A stretch of DNA of 49,646 nt from Octopus sinensis (taxonomy: Eukaryota). The stretch spans positions 1-49,646 of the forward strand of contig NW_021834373.1 in assembly GCF_006345805.1 (NCBI RefSeq). Direction: 5' to 3'. This document shows positions 1 to 12,352 of the stretch, one piece after another. The notes beneath the pieces were generated by a model. The model was not told the origin of the DNA. It was given only the letters and a program-made list of their open reading frames with translations, and made no database searches. Numbering within the stretch: the first letter of the stretch is position 1; every line of letters begins with the position of its first letter. The translations under genes were made by a program, and so were the position numbers.

Positions 1-145
1 ATTATTTTTTCAGTTACCGCTCTAATGTCGAAGTTTGACTCCGACAGCTTCTCATTGACTCCTCTTTCAGGCGGCTCAATTAAGTTTCAAGAGATCTCTT
101 TTCGATACTTTCAAGAATTTTCCTTCTATTTCTTTTACTTTATAT

Positions 146-727
146 GTATGTATGTAGTATGTTGTAGGTATGTATGTAGTATGTATGTAGTATGTATGTA
201 TGTATGTATTATGTGGTGTGTGTATGTATGTGTGGTGTATGTATGTATGTATGTATGTGTGTGTGTGTGTATGTATGCATGCTTGCATGTATGTATGTAT
301 GTATGTATTATGTGTGTGTGTGTATATATGTATGTATGTATGTGTGTATGTATGTATGTATGTATGTGTGTGTGTGTATGTATGTATGTATGCATGTATG
401 TATGTATCTTATGTATGTATGTATTATGTATGTATGTATGTGTGTGGTGTATGGTGTGTATGTGTGTATGTATGTATGTATTGTTTGTGTGTGTGTGATG
501 TAGTATGTGTGTATGTATTTGTATGTATTGTGTGTAATGTATGTAGTGTGTATGTATGTATGTATGTATGTATGTATGTTATATGTATGTATGTATGTTT
601 TTGGTATGTATGTATGTTTGTATGTATGTATGTATGTTTGTATGTATGTATGTATGTATGTATGTATGTATGTATGTATGTATGTGTGTGTGTGTATGTA
701 TGTATGCATGTATGTATGTATGTATGA
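146..727. repeat. Compound (TGTA)n/(TG)n microsatellite
   Basis: Directly visible. It explains all the MYVC/HTYI ORFs in this interval. Confidence 0.97.
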
Positions 728-733
728 GTTCTA

Positions 734-798
734 GGTAAATTCTACCACGGAAAATTCCACCAGGTAAATTTCACCATAGGTAAATTCCATCACGGTAT
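734..798 (+). repeat. Short tandem repeat, ~15-bp unit GGTAAATTCCACCAC
   Basis: Units start at 734, 749, 763, 779 and 794 (last partial). Confidence 0.8.
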
Positions 799-831
799 AT
801 TTAATCTGTCTGTCTCTCAAGTCTTAAGAAA

Positions 832-832
<1 letters not shown>

Positions 833-874
<42 letters not shown>

Positions 875-965
875 TACCCACACCGCCATCACCACCCATA
901 ACATCAACGACATTAACATTGTCGCCGCCGCCGCCGCTACCAGCACTGCTACTACTACCACCACC

Positions 966-1008
<43 letters not shown>

Positions 1009-1074
1009 ACTACTCACCGCCAAACAACGCCACCACCCCACCACCCCACCACCACCAATACACAAACTACAACT

Positions 1075-1116
<42 letters not shown>
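833..1116. repeat. (GATA)n followed by (GCC)/(ACC)/(ACT)n trinucleotide tracts
   Basis: Directly visible. Confidence 0.9.
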
Positions 1117-1280
1117 CGTTGCTCGCGATACCAGAGGGCGCACACTCTCCTACCCTGATGTAATCTCCAGAGATACAGGCATCCAGCAACAGGACCTCCA
1201 TAATGCTATGATGGACCGTGAAGTCTGGCGTAACATAGTAAATTCGATTGTCTCGACCACGGTCGAACAATGATTATGAC
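1117..1280 (+). mobile_element. 3' end of an RTE-type LINE (severely 5'-truncated)
   Basis: 1127-1273 reads DTRGRTLSYPDVISRDTGIQQQDLHNAMMDREVWRNIVNSIVSTTVEQ*, the typical RTE ORF C-terminus (M.DR..WR..V), followed by a short repeat tail. Confidence 0.8.
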
Positions 1281-1397
1281 TATTACTACTAACAACAGCA
1301 GCAGCAGCAGGAACACTAATCAGCAACCACAAGATCACTAATCGTTGCATAGAAACTAGATTTCATTGCCTATTGATGCAAGCTGTCATTTCTGAGA

Positions 1398-1780
1398 GTG
1401 GAGGCGCAATGGCCCAGTGGTTAGGGCAGCGGACTCGCGGTCATAGGATCGCGGTTTCGATTCCCAGACCGGGCGTTGTGAGTGTTTATTGAGCGAAAAC
1501 ACCTAAAGCGCCACGAGGCTCCGGCAGGGGATGGTGGTGATCCCTGCTGTACTCTTTCACCACAACTTTCTCTCACTCTTACATCCTGTTTCAGTTGTAC
1601 CTGTATTTCAAAGGGCCGGCCATGTCACTCTCTGTGTCACGCTGAATATCCCCGAGAACTACGTTAAGGGTACACGTGTCTGTGGAGTGCTCAGCCACTT
1701 ACTCGTTAATTCACGAGCAGGCTGTTCCGTTGATCGGATCAACCGGAACCTCATCGTCGTAACCGACGGAGTGCTTCCAA
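1398..1780 (+). mobile_element. tRNA-derived SINE, head family D, tail type 1
   Basis: A-box-like TGGCCCAGTGG and B-box-like GGTTTCGATTCC. Head shared with 14209-14502; tail shared with 32612-32850. Confidence 0.85.
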
Positions 1781-2150
1781 TCTTACCAACGGATTTTCTT
1801 CTAAGAAGGACCCTTTATTTTTCCGCTGATAGTAGGTGGGATTTGAACTCAGAATATAGGGATCCGAAATAGATACTGCTAGATGCTACTAGATTCCACG
1901 AATCTTCTCTGTATTGTTATTTTGAGAATATGAAGATGAAGTTAACTTAGGCGTGATTTGAACTTACAAAGCAAAGAAGCGAAATAAATAACCCAAGTTA
2001 ACGACTGTGTCAGTTGAACACACCCACACTCGGTCGTGCGCGCAGGGAGGTATATTACAGGAGACTTGGGATAAAATAATCCAGGCGCTTGCCTAGGGAA
2101 GAAGTGCTTCTACGGACAATGACTAAATGGGGAAAAGACCCCCAATAAGC

Positions 2151-2330
2151 TGGTAACCACGACCACCACGACCACCACGACCACCATCATCACCACCCCC
2201 ACCACCACGACGACCACCACCAACAACAAAAACAACACCACCACCACCACCACCACCACCACAAACACGACGACCACCACAACCACGACCACCATAACCA
2301 CTACCAGCACCACCGCCTCCACCACCACCA
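2151..2330. repeat. Degenerate (ACC)n/(ACG)n tract
   Basis: Directly visible. Confidence 0.9.
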
Positions 2331-2737
2331 TACTATGCCTCTGCTCTCTCCTTTTGGCTACTAAATCCATTACCATATTTCACAAGTACCATCGCCATAC
2401 AATATTGCCTTCAAAAGTTTGTGTTTGGATAATATCTTTTAAGTAAAAGTTGTGCAACAACTATAACATTCGGTTGTGCAAATTATTTGTACGGGAAACC
2501 TTCCCTGTGTGGAGTGTTTCCCGATTTTGTAGAATTTGCTTTCGGACTTTCTTAGCCATTTCTGTTTTGCTGTCTTCAAGCCATGAAGTCGTTGTTCTAA
2601 AAGAACGCTGGTCTCCTTGGACAACGCTTTACGACGTTGATTTCCTTACACTCCCTTTCCCACAGCTTCACGAGGGAGGGAAGAAGGGGGAGAAGCAACA
2701 CAGGTGCAGGTGTGAGCATGGACGCCAACTCCGCCGC

Positions 2738-2970
2738 CTTCCCTTTATTTAAAAAAATATGCGTTAAAATGGAAAAAAATTATGGTAAATTAATTTTAAA
2801 ATCGTAGACTCATTGTAGAGGCGCGCTAATACCCAGACGGGCTCGATATGAATCACGACTATAAGATACCCGAATTTGGTTAAACTGCACCGCAAAATGT
2901 GGGAGTAGTTAGGAATCTAAATCGTAGGAGACAGACACTCACACAACTTCACTTCTATATATATAGAAGA
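2738..2970 (-). mobile_element. 5' half of a non-autonomous Helitron (inverted copy of 3339-3569)
   Basis: Reverse complement aligns by eye with 3339-3569. The 5' end is A|TC at 2971/2970; no 3' hairpin is present. Confidence 0.75.
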
Positions 2971-3142
2971 TATTTCTATTATATGTAATTTTCTAGATGG
3001 TGTAATTTAATTGTTCATTTTGAATTGATAAAAGGTGTTTTTTTCTAATTTTATATATATATTATATTTATATTTTGTGAAATTTGATTTAGTATTTCTA
3101 ATTGAATTTTTCCCTGTAGTTATGAATAATATTCCCTCAATT

Positions 3143-3199
3143 ATATATATATATATATATATAGATATATATATATACACACTATGTATATATATATAT

Positions 3200-3263
<64 letters not shown>

Positions 3264-3290
3264 TGTACATATATATGTGTATGTGTGTGT

Positions 3291-3338
<48 letters not shown>
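3143..3338. repeat. (TA)n microsatellite
   Basis: Directly visible. Confidence 0.95.
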
Positions 3339-3740
3339 TCTTTATATATAAAAGTGAAGTTGTGTGTCTGTCTCCTACGATTTAGATTCCTAACTACTCC
3401 CTCATTTTGCGGTGCAGTGTAACCAAAAGCGGGTATCTTATAGTCGTGATTCATATCGAGCCCTTCTGGGTATTAGCGCACGTCTACGATGAGTTTACGA
3501 TTAAAAAAAAAATTACCATCATTTTTTCCGCATTTTTAATGCATTTTCGCTCGGTTTATATAAGGGAAGTAACTCTCTAAAAATGTATTATTAAATCTCA
3601 GAATGTAAAAAAGCTACAGTAACAACCCCCCCACCTTTGTGGTTAGCCACATTGAGATGGCTATTATACTTTACATTTCTAAAAATGCTTATATAGTTAT
3701 TTCCCTTACAAACCCGAGCAACGCCGGGCGACACTGCTAA
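3339..3740 (+). mobile_element. Complete non-autonomous Helitron (402 bp)
   Basis: A|TC 5' end, subterminal GC hairpin CCCGAGCAACGCCGGG, CTAA|T 3' end (CTRR), inserted between A and T with no TSD. Confidence 0.82.
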
Positions 3741-3752
3741 TATATATATATA

Positions 3753-3870
3753 TACTCTTTTATAGTCATTTGACTTTGGCCATGCTGGAGCACTGCCTTT
3801 AGTCGAGCAAATCGACTCTAGGGATTATTCTTTGTAAGCCTAGTACTTATTCTATCGGTCTGTTTTTGCC
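3753..3870 (-). mobile_element. SINE family C, 3' fragment
   Basis: Matches the 3' end of the family C copies at 40595-40977 and 11017-11366. Confidence 0.8.
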
Positions 3871-4426
3871 ACACCACACACACATACATATACACACACA
3901 CACACTACATATATACACATACATATATACACACACGTATACACACACACATCTTGTTGCTTCTTGGGAGGGTCATTATGCCAATAACGATATGGTTACA
4001 CATCTGACCAACTTCGTAATCGATCGTTTGTTTAACATGCTGGTTAAACAATCAAAGTTTTATTTCTTCGTGAAAGTCCGTTCGTCGCTATTTTTCGCGA
4101 CCTTTTCAATAGCTTGTCCTTTCTCTTCAACGTCTGCCCTGAATTTGGCCGCGAATTAATCTTATGTCTGCGTGCATCATGCCTTTCTATGTGTGTGTAG
4201 ATGTGTGTTTGCTTAGAAGAATAAGGGTGAGAGGAAAGGAGATTATGTGCGTGCGTGCGAGTGTGTATGTGTGTGTGTGTGCGTGCGTATGTGTGTGGTT
4301 GTGTGTACACTCGTGTGACTACTTGCATGTGTATGTGTACGTGTGTGTTAGTGTGTGTAGCCATCCATGACTAGGTATGTGTATGTATAACTGTGTCTAT
4401 ATACGTACATAGATTTAGATGCAAGA

Positions 4427-4656
4427 GGCGGCGAGCTGGCAGAAGCGTTAGCACGCCGGGCGAAATGCTTAGCAGTATTTCGTCTGCCGCTACGTTCTGA
4501 GTTCAAATTCCGCCGAGGTCGACTTTGCCTTTCATCCTCTCGGGGTCGATAAATAAAGTACCAGTTTCGCACTGGGTCGATGTAATCGACTTAATCCGTT
4601 TGTCTGTCCTTGTTTGTCCCCTCTATGTTTAGCCCCTTGTGGGTAGCAAAAGAAAT
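4427..4656 (+). mobile_element. tRNA-derived SINE family A (GGCGAGCTGGCAGAA head, tail A)
   Basis: B-box GAGTTCAAATTCC and central GACTTTGCCTTTCATCC..GGGGTCGATAAA..AGTACC domain. Near-identical to 32248-32477. Confidence 0.9.
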
Positions 4657-4683
4657 ATATATCATGTATATATGTGAATAGAA

Positions 4684-4826
4684 GCAGGCGTGACTGTGTT
4701 GTAAGCCGTTCCGGGTTCAGTCCAGCTGCGTGGCACTTTGAGCGGGTGTTTCTACTATAGCCCTGGGTCGACTAAACCCTTGTGAGTAGATTTGATTGAC
4801 GGAATCTGAAAAAGCTCGTCATATAT
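4684..4826 (+). mobile_element. SINE family C, degenerate 5' half
   Basis: GGCGTG.CTGTG head, CTGCGTGGCAC CORE-like block and CTTGTGAGT.GATTTG motif. Confidence 0.75.
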
Positions 4827-4915
4827 GTGTTTATCAATATTTAGCAGAAGCAACAGAGTGACTCGGGGGGCGAGAGTTTCGTGCATTGACACTTGTCAAA
4901 CTACACACAGACACA

Positions 4916-4969
<54 letters not shown>

Positions 4970-4976
4970 TATGCAT

Positions 4977-5140
4977 GAGTGGCTGTGTGGTAAGTAGCCT
5001 GCTTACCAACCACATGGTTCTGGGTTCAGCCCCATTGCGTGACGCCTTGGTCTTCTACTAGAGCCTCAGGCCAACCAAAGCCTTGAGAGTGAATTTGTTA
5101 GACGGAAACTGTGTGTGTGTTTGTGTTTGTCCCCCCGATG
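4977..5140 (+). mobile_element. SINE family C, 5' half
   Basis: GTGGCTGTGTGGTAAGTAGC...GGTTC.GGGTTCAG head as in 40595 and 16985. Confidence 0.8.
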
Positions 5141-5334
5141 GTGGCATGTATATACATATTATTGTTCTTTCTTGCGAAATATATAGAATTACTTTAAAGA
5201 AGTGTTCGGATCGAAACAAGTAAAAGAATAAAAGAAAGAAAAGAAAGAATATATATATATATATGTACATTTTTACTTTTATATACATATTTATATTTAT
5301 TGCATATCTTTAACTTTTTTATATTTATATATAA

Positions 5335-6646
5335 CTAGCAGAGCTACCCGGCGTTGCCCGGTTACATTCAATTGGAGAATTAGACTTTTCTGTTATATCT
5401 TCTGTGATGAACTGGAATATCTATGTTTCGAATTTCATCAAAATTGCAGATGAGGGTTATTTCAATCTTTACACACCCTAAAAAATTGTAATTGTGCCAC
5501 ATGTATCCCATAATCCTGATTTTTATGCGCATATTCCAAAATTCCAGTCTTATTTAACTTGTTAAAAAGATTTTGTTCCTGAAAAATGAAGGTCATGGAG
5601 CTCTAAAATGTGAGAGTTAAGGCCCCTGTTGGGGGTGGGCATCTTAATGTCAACCAGAGAAGTTGAATTGTTGAAAATCTTTTTAACTTAGGTCTTATAT
5701 CTATTGTTTGAATTTCTTTGAAATAGGAAATATATGTTCACTGGGTTTGTAAAAGAGAGCAAAGCTACAGGAAACCAAAAGACGAATGATCACAATAAGC
5801 AGTCAGTTGCCCTACCCTAGTCGTTACCACTCCTAATGTAGGATTCCTCACCATTCAGGTGACAGGCACAGCCGTAAGATGCGATACGAATCTATAGCAA
5901 TTGGAAGGGCGTGACCCAACTGAAATCAACATTAACAACTGTTTGACGTGAGAGCTAAGGAGAAATGAAAGTGTCACCTCTGTAGTTTGCAAATGACCAC
6001 TATACTGATACGTAACTGGACAGAAAAAATTTAAAATCTATAAATGTCTTCGAATAACCAGTCACTCATCTGGGAAGGCCTTGAAATCAATGTTACCATC
6101 TGGGGACTATGTGTGAACGAGTGATAATAAAAGGACTGAAAGGAGGTCTGCAATCAAATAAATTTTACTCTACACTTTGCAACTGAATCAGTGGAGGCAA
6201 AGATGCCTCTCATTTACTTGACAATTTATGCAGCACATTGCAGAAATCACAATATAAGTGTATGTCAAAGCAAACTGTTACACTGTTGTACCATTGAATT
6301 ACAAATAATGCTCATCTTTTATGCTCGGGTAACCCTACAGCTTCCAAGAGCACAACTGTATTCATTTTTGCTTAGATAAAATGACAAAATTGTAGATGTT
6401 AAGTCCCCATGGAGGGGTCTTTCTTACTTTGTAAGATGAAATTTTATAGATATTACTTCATTTGTGTCTAATGTCTATGGTTAAAATTTCATCAACAGCA
6501 AAAATATATGAATTGTCATGGGCGTTATGGCCCTTATGCATAGAATATAATTTCCAAATTTCATAAAGATCCATTCAGTACTTTTGACCAAGTTTTGGAT
6601 CATAAAAGAAATTACTAAAATTTGGGATTTAAGGCTCCCATTAGGG

Positions 6647-6683
<37 letters not shown>
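5335..6683 (-). mobile_element. Non-autonomous Helitron, 1349 bp
   Basis: Minus strand starts A|TCTATATA (6683) and ends CCGGGCAACGCCGGGTAGCTCTGCTAG|T (5335): hairpin, CTAG and AT target. Internal modules are repeated (AATTTCAT.AA, TTAAG.CCC..T.GGGG). Confidence 0.75.
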
Positions 6684-6975
6684 TACACACACACATGCAC
6701 ACATACAAAGACAAATTGATAGATACAACTGAGTGGGCAAACAAAAATATGAGACACAGCCTAGTGCTTTTTTATGTTGATAAGCCTAGTACTTACTCTA
6801 TTAGTTTGTTCTTGTGAAACCAGTAAGTTATGTGGATGTAAATAAGTGAACAGCAGTTGTGAAGCAGTGATGAGGGCGAAACACAGAGACAAAGACACAC
6901 ACATACACTTACATATATACATTTATATATATACGATTTATTTGTTACAGTTCCTGTCTACGAAATCCATATATA

Positions 6976-9312
6976 TTGTTGTTGGCATCCTTTTTGTCTC
7001 AGGAGACAATGGAGTTGCGCATAAAATAATGTAGTCCGGCTTTTACATTTCATGTCCTAATACATCTCTTGCTGTGGCTGTGTAGTCCTTTCCGGGACAA
7101 ACACTCCCTCTGGCAGGTGCCGTAAATGTAGCGAAGACTTTGCCTGACTGGTCTTAATGTCATAGTTTCTTGTTGATGTCTTTTCTTGTCTTTCCATTTC
7201 TCCTTTCTCACTATGTCACTCCTTTATGTTCCCTCTTTTACGATACATCGCCAATCTCCACGGTTGCTGGCAACTGCTTCCCAGTTGGTAATATTGATGT
7301 TGCAGGCATTCATGTCCCTTTTGCAAACATCCTTGTATCGTAAGAACGGTCTTCCCACAGACCTAGTGCCCCTAGCAAGCTCTCCGTTGAGTATGTCCTT
7401 GGGGATTCTGCCATCTTCCATACAGCTAACATGTCCAAGCGATCTCATACGTCTTTGTGTGAAGAGTGCAAACATGCTTGGTATTCCTGCTTGCTTGGGG
7501 ATATCTTTGTTAGGGACAAGATTCTGCCATTTGATGCGATGGATTTTCCGGAGACAGCGCAAGTGAAAGATATTTAGGCGACGTATGGCGTCGTATGGCG
7601 TGTGTATGGCGTCAAAGTCATACAGTAGAGTGCTAAGTACACATGCTTGGTAAATCTTCATTTTTGTGGTCTTGGTCAGCTTATTGTTGTCCCATGCGCG
7701 TTTGGTGAGTTGGGCCATCACAGCAGCTGCCTTGCCAATACGTATATTGAGCTCAGCATCAAGGGATAGGTTGTAGATGACGGTAGAGCCAAGATAGGTA
7801 AACTTCTCCACATCCTGTAGTCTGTGGTCTCCAATTTGTATGTTTGGGATGTCCGATGTAGCCTGACCCATGATGTTGGTCTTCTTGAGGCTGATAACTA
7901 AGCCAAAGTTGTCAAATGCTTGCTCAAAACAGTTGCTGAGCCTTCGTAGGGCTTCTTCTGTGTGTGATACCAGAGCGGCATCATCAGCAAATAGCATCTC
8001 CTTGATCAGGACGCTTCTGAGATTTTGGTCTTGGCACGCAGACGCGAAAGATTAAACAGTTTCCCATCACTTCTACTGCGCAGAAACACTCCATCATCTG
8101 ATGTCTCAAAGGCATGTGACAGCAGCAGCGAGAAGAAGATGCCAAATAATTTAGGAGCAAGGACACAACCTTGCTCTACCCCATTTTTTATTTGGAAGGC
8201 GGCTGATGTTGAACCATTGTGCTGTATGGTGCCTTGCATATTAGCATGGAATGATTTGATGATCCTCAGCAGCTTTGGTGGACATCCGATTTTTTGGAGC
8301 AGGATGAAGAGGCCTTTTCTATTTACCAAGTCAAAGCCCTTTGTCAGATCAATGAAGGCCATATATAATGGCATGTTCTGCTCTCTGGACTTCTGAAGTT
8401 GGCGTATGGAGAATATCATGTCAATAGTTGATCTGCTTCTAAAGCCACACTGCGATTCTGGATAAATTCGAGAAGCAATTAGTTGCAGCCTGGACAGGAT
8501 AATGCGAGCAGAGGCCTTTCCAACTGTGCTTAGAAGAGATATTCCACGGTAATTGTTGCAATCATCACGGTCACTTTTATTTTTGTAAAGCGTAATGATG
8601 TTAGCATCCCGCATATTCTGAGGGACTACCCTCTTACCAGCACTGACACAGAAGCTCATGAATGTGCCGAAGCAGGATAGTGTTTTTTCCGGTTTTGATG
8701 ATCTCTAAGGGGATGCCGTCTTTTGCCGGAGCCTTGTTACTTGCTAGGGAGTCAATAGATTTGGTGAGCTCTGCTATAGATGGCAGACTGTCAAATTCAC
8801 ACATGGCTGGCAAGATCTTGACACCCTCGATTGCAGCCTCAGCTACCTCTCGTGAGTAGAGATCCTGGTAGTACTCCATCCATGTATCCATTTGCTTGCT
8901 TTGGTCCTTGATGAGATCTCCAGTAGTTGATTTCAGAGGGGCTGAGGTGGTTGCGGATGGACCGAGGGCCTTCTTCAAACCGGCATACATCCCACGGGTG
9001 TCGCCACTGTCAGCAGCTGACTGGATACTCTGACAGATTTCCTGTCAATACCCATTTGCACAGCGTCTGGCAGTGAGTTGGGTTTTATTTCTTGCCTTTC
9101 TGAGTTCTTCGAGTGACTTTGTAGAAGAAACACTCTTGTATTGCATCAGAGCTGCACGCTTTGCTTCGATAACTGTTTCCAGCTCTGAGAGCCCAGCACT
9201 GAACAAAATCTGGGTTTTACCTTTCTCTCATTCCGAAAGTATCTATTGATGTGGTATACGAAGCTTCCCTGATATAATTCCACCTACTTTCAGCAGAGGA
9301 GGTTGGGCAGCT
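6976..9312 (-). mobile_element. RTE/BovB-type LINE, RT region to 3' end, frameshifted and 5'-interrupted
   Basis: ORF pieces 8634-8990, 8006-8659 and 7224-7997 carry NYRGISLLS, QCGFR, FIDLTKGFD, GVEQGCVLAP, LFADD and FTYLGS. C-terminal TCQRECLSRKGLHSHSKRC* (stop 7050-7052) and a 3' end CCATTGTCTCCTGAGACAAAAAGGATGCCAACAAC. Confidence 0.93.
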
Positions 9313-9560
9313 ACTGAGGGCAACCTTGATAGAAACAGCAAAACATTGTCGCAGTGTAGGGTCCGAGGTTCTGGCAGGAGCCGAGCCGAGTGTAGGGTCG
9401 GAGGTTCTTCAGGAGCCGAGCCGAGCCGAGCCGAGCCGAGCCGAGCCGAGCCGAGCCGGACTCCTTATACCCTAAGTAAGTTATATGTAAAATGTGAGTG
9501 AAATTGGTTGTGTAGTTCTCAAGTTTCATGGAAACACACATTCTCAGATACATAAAAGAA
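9313..9560 (+). repeat. Insert with two ~36-bp units and a (GAGCC)n array, then a DINE/Helentron-like segment
   Basis: GTGTAGGGTC.GAGGTTCT.CAGGAGCCGAGCCGA twice, then GAGCC repeats to 9458, then TTATACCCT...GTGAAATTGG. The family assignment is tentative. Confidence 0.55.
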
Positions 9561-9936
9561 TGAGAGTGGGTGATGTTTTGTTTGTTGGACCAATGTATTA
9601 AGGTAGTATTGTTTTAAAACGAAAGAGGCAATGTGTTTGTTTCAAAAATAAAAAAAGTCAAACGTCCGCCAATGGGAAGACAGTTCATATTCGATTAGAG
9701 CACTCTGGGTATAATCATAAAAGTGAAAAATGGAATTTTTAGGCATATCAAACAGTGAAAAACCAAAAACAAATATATTAAAAAAAATATAATATAGAAA
9801 ATATAAAATTGAAAAATTTAAATTAAATTGAAAATAAAAATTATTAAATTATATTTATAATTTGTTTAAAAATATATATAACTATGAAAAAGTTTAATAT
9901 ACATAAATCCAGATATATACACTTTGTATATATATA

Positions 9937-10116
9937 TTATATATACATATTTATATATAGAACACACACACACACATACATTAAATATACATATCTATAT
10001 ATAGAACACACGCACACACACACATACATTATATATACATATTTATATATAGAACACACACACACACACACACATACATTATATATACATATTTATATAT
10101 AGAACACACATACATA
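9937..10116. repeat. Minisatellite, 44-50-bp units built from TA/CA runs
   Basis: TAGAACACAC anchor recurs at 9960, 10004, 10052 and 10102. Confidence 0.85.
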
Positions 10117-10487
10117 TAAATGAACGCAAGAATATCTGATTCATAATATTTGTTCTCATGCTCGTGTGTTGTTGGTGACAGACAGATACGTGAAAGAACG
10201 CCGATGTAATGGGAAGGTAAGAAACAGAGTGAGTGAAAAAGAGAGGAAATAGCGAGAGTGACAGATACTTTAAATAACGGTAGTGGACTTATCAAAGTTA
10301 TTCTTGAAGGGGAGTGAGAGGGTACTGGAGGAAATAGCGTGAGTGAGGAAGATGGCCCCTAGCAACCACACCTTTTAAGATAGGGATTTCTAAGGTAGCC
10401 CACGAGCTCCGTCACCTATTTCTACATGTCCCTGTAAATTTTGGAGCGAATCGGACGGGACGTAGTGGCATTGAAAGCGATCCAAGC

Positions 10488-10641
<154 letters not shown>

Positions 10642-11016
10642 CTGAAGTTGTCTGGATATATGTATGTATGTGTGTGTGGTGTGTGTGTATACGTATGTAT
10701 GTGTAGAGACCTCTTTTGGCCCCACCTGAGTTTTGAAACTGAATGGGTAAATTTCCACCTAACTATAGAGCCTTATTGTTCTGTTGAGGAACAATGTTGT
10801 TTTATTCAACCGATGGCCTTCCCAACATTTGATTGATGTATTTTCCTCTTGACTCATAACCCTTCTAGTTTAAATAAATAATATAAATAATATAAGGGAT
10901 CTTTACCCTTTCAACGGCAGATCGAGAAATATATTTTTTGTAACTAAACACTTTCAACCTTCGGACCCTAACCCTAACCCTAATGTGTCATATAAAACAT
11001 ATTTTACTTTTAATGT

Positions 11017-11366
11017 TACTCTTGACCGCGGCCATGCTGGAGCATCGCCTTTAATCGAGCAACTCGACCCCGGGACTTATTCTTTTTGTAAGCCCAGTAC
11101 TTATTCTATCAGTCTCTTTTGCCGAACCGCTAAGTAACGGGGACATAAATACACCAGCATCGGTTGTCAAGCAATGCTAGGGGGACAAACACAGACACAC
11201 AAACACAGACACACAAACACAGACACATACATACATATATATATATGACGGGCTTCTTTCAGTTTCCGTCTACCAAATCCACTCACAAGGCTTTGGTTGG
11301 CCCGAGGTTATAGTAGAAGACACTTGCCCAAGGTGCCAGACAGTGGGACTGAACCCGGAATCAGCT
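11017..11366 (-). mobile_element. SINE family C, near full length
   Basis: Reverse complement of the 40595-40977 copy, with an internal (CA/TA) tract. Confidence 0.9.
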
Positions 11367-11840
11367 ACTCCAATATTTTTTAAACATCTGGCCTGTAAAA
11401 CTTAATATTCCTCTAAATATTTTATAAGTCATCATACTATTTTTATCTTAGAAAAACAATGACCGAAGGAGTGAGAAGATTAGATTATTCATGAAGCGTC
11501 TTCATAAAAACAAAAACACAGAACTCCTTTGGCATCTTAAATAAATACAATATCAATTCTAATAAAAGTAAAAAGACCGGTTTTCCTTGACCAACTTTAC
11601 TGACGTCAGCATTTGAATGGATAGGTATAGGGGTGTTTACAACTCTGTTTTATTACGATTAACTCATTCTATTGGGCCCTGAAAGATAAGACAAAAACCA
11701 GCCGAGCAGGATTTGAAATGATTATTGTAAAATAATGCAAATGTCGGTTTACCTATACATGTGTGCCCCTACCCGACCGACTTTGTTGCCTCACAACTTC
11801 CAGAAAATGTAAATTTTTTTAATGAAATTTTCAAAAAATA

Positions 11841-12352
11841 CCGTTAATCCTCGAGTATAGTCTGCCCTTGAGTATAATACGCAGGGGATTTTTAGGGGGC
11901 TGTACCTCTGGAAAACCTAAACCTTGTGTATAATACGCACCCCTTCTCTAACTTCAGTCAAGGAGGTGTATATAACGTCCTTGGTTTCTAAAAATGTATA
12001 CGGTAACGTCCTTTATTATTATTGTATATATAACATAATGTAAACGTGTAGCTTTTTTGTGCATTTTGTTTGCAGAAAATAAAGAAATAACAGTAATAAC
12101 GTTTAATAAATGTTGCTTATTGCAAGTTATGGATGATTCTTTTATGACTTCATTGCTTTCAGGCTTAGCTTAAGGTATTTTCGAGCCCGACATCACAAAA
12201 TGCCTCTGAATAAACATTGCCTGACAGCAAATAGAGACTTGGACATTGCTTAGAAAATAATTTCCATTTTTAACCTCATATATAGTACGCACTAGGGATT
12301 TTGACCTTTAAATTTTGGGAAAATAATGCGGATTATACTTGAGGATTTACGG
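11841..12352. mobile_element. pogo/mariner-type MITE, 512 bp, TA TSD
   Basis: TA|CCGTTAATCCTCGAGTATAGTCTGC ... GCGGATTATACTTGAGGATTTACGG|TA: 25-bp TIR with 4 mismatches and no ORF. Confidence 0.85.

Noticed and set aside
25-738. Many overlapping ORFs (MYVCMYV..., HTYIHT...) here and at 13-17, 27, 31, 34-37 and 43 kb
   Set aside because: Translations of di-, tri- and tetranucleotide repeats that lack stop codons; no coding evidence.
1398-1475. tRNA-like sequence as a genuine tRNA gene
   Set aside because: It continues into a SINE body, lacks a clean acceptor stem and terminator, and recurs at 14.4 kb with another tail.
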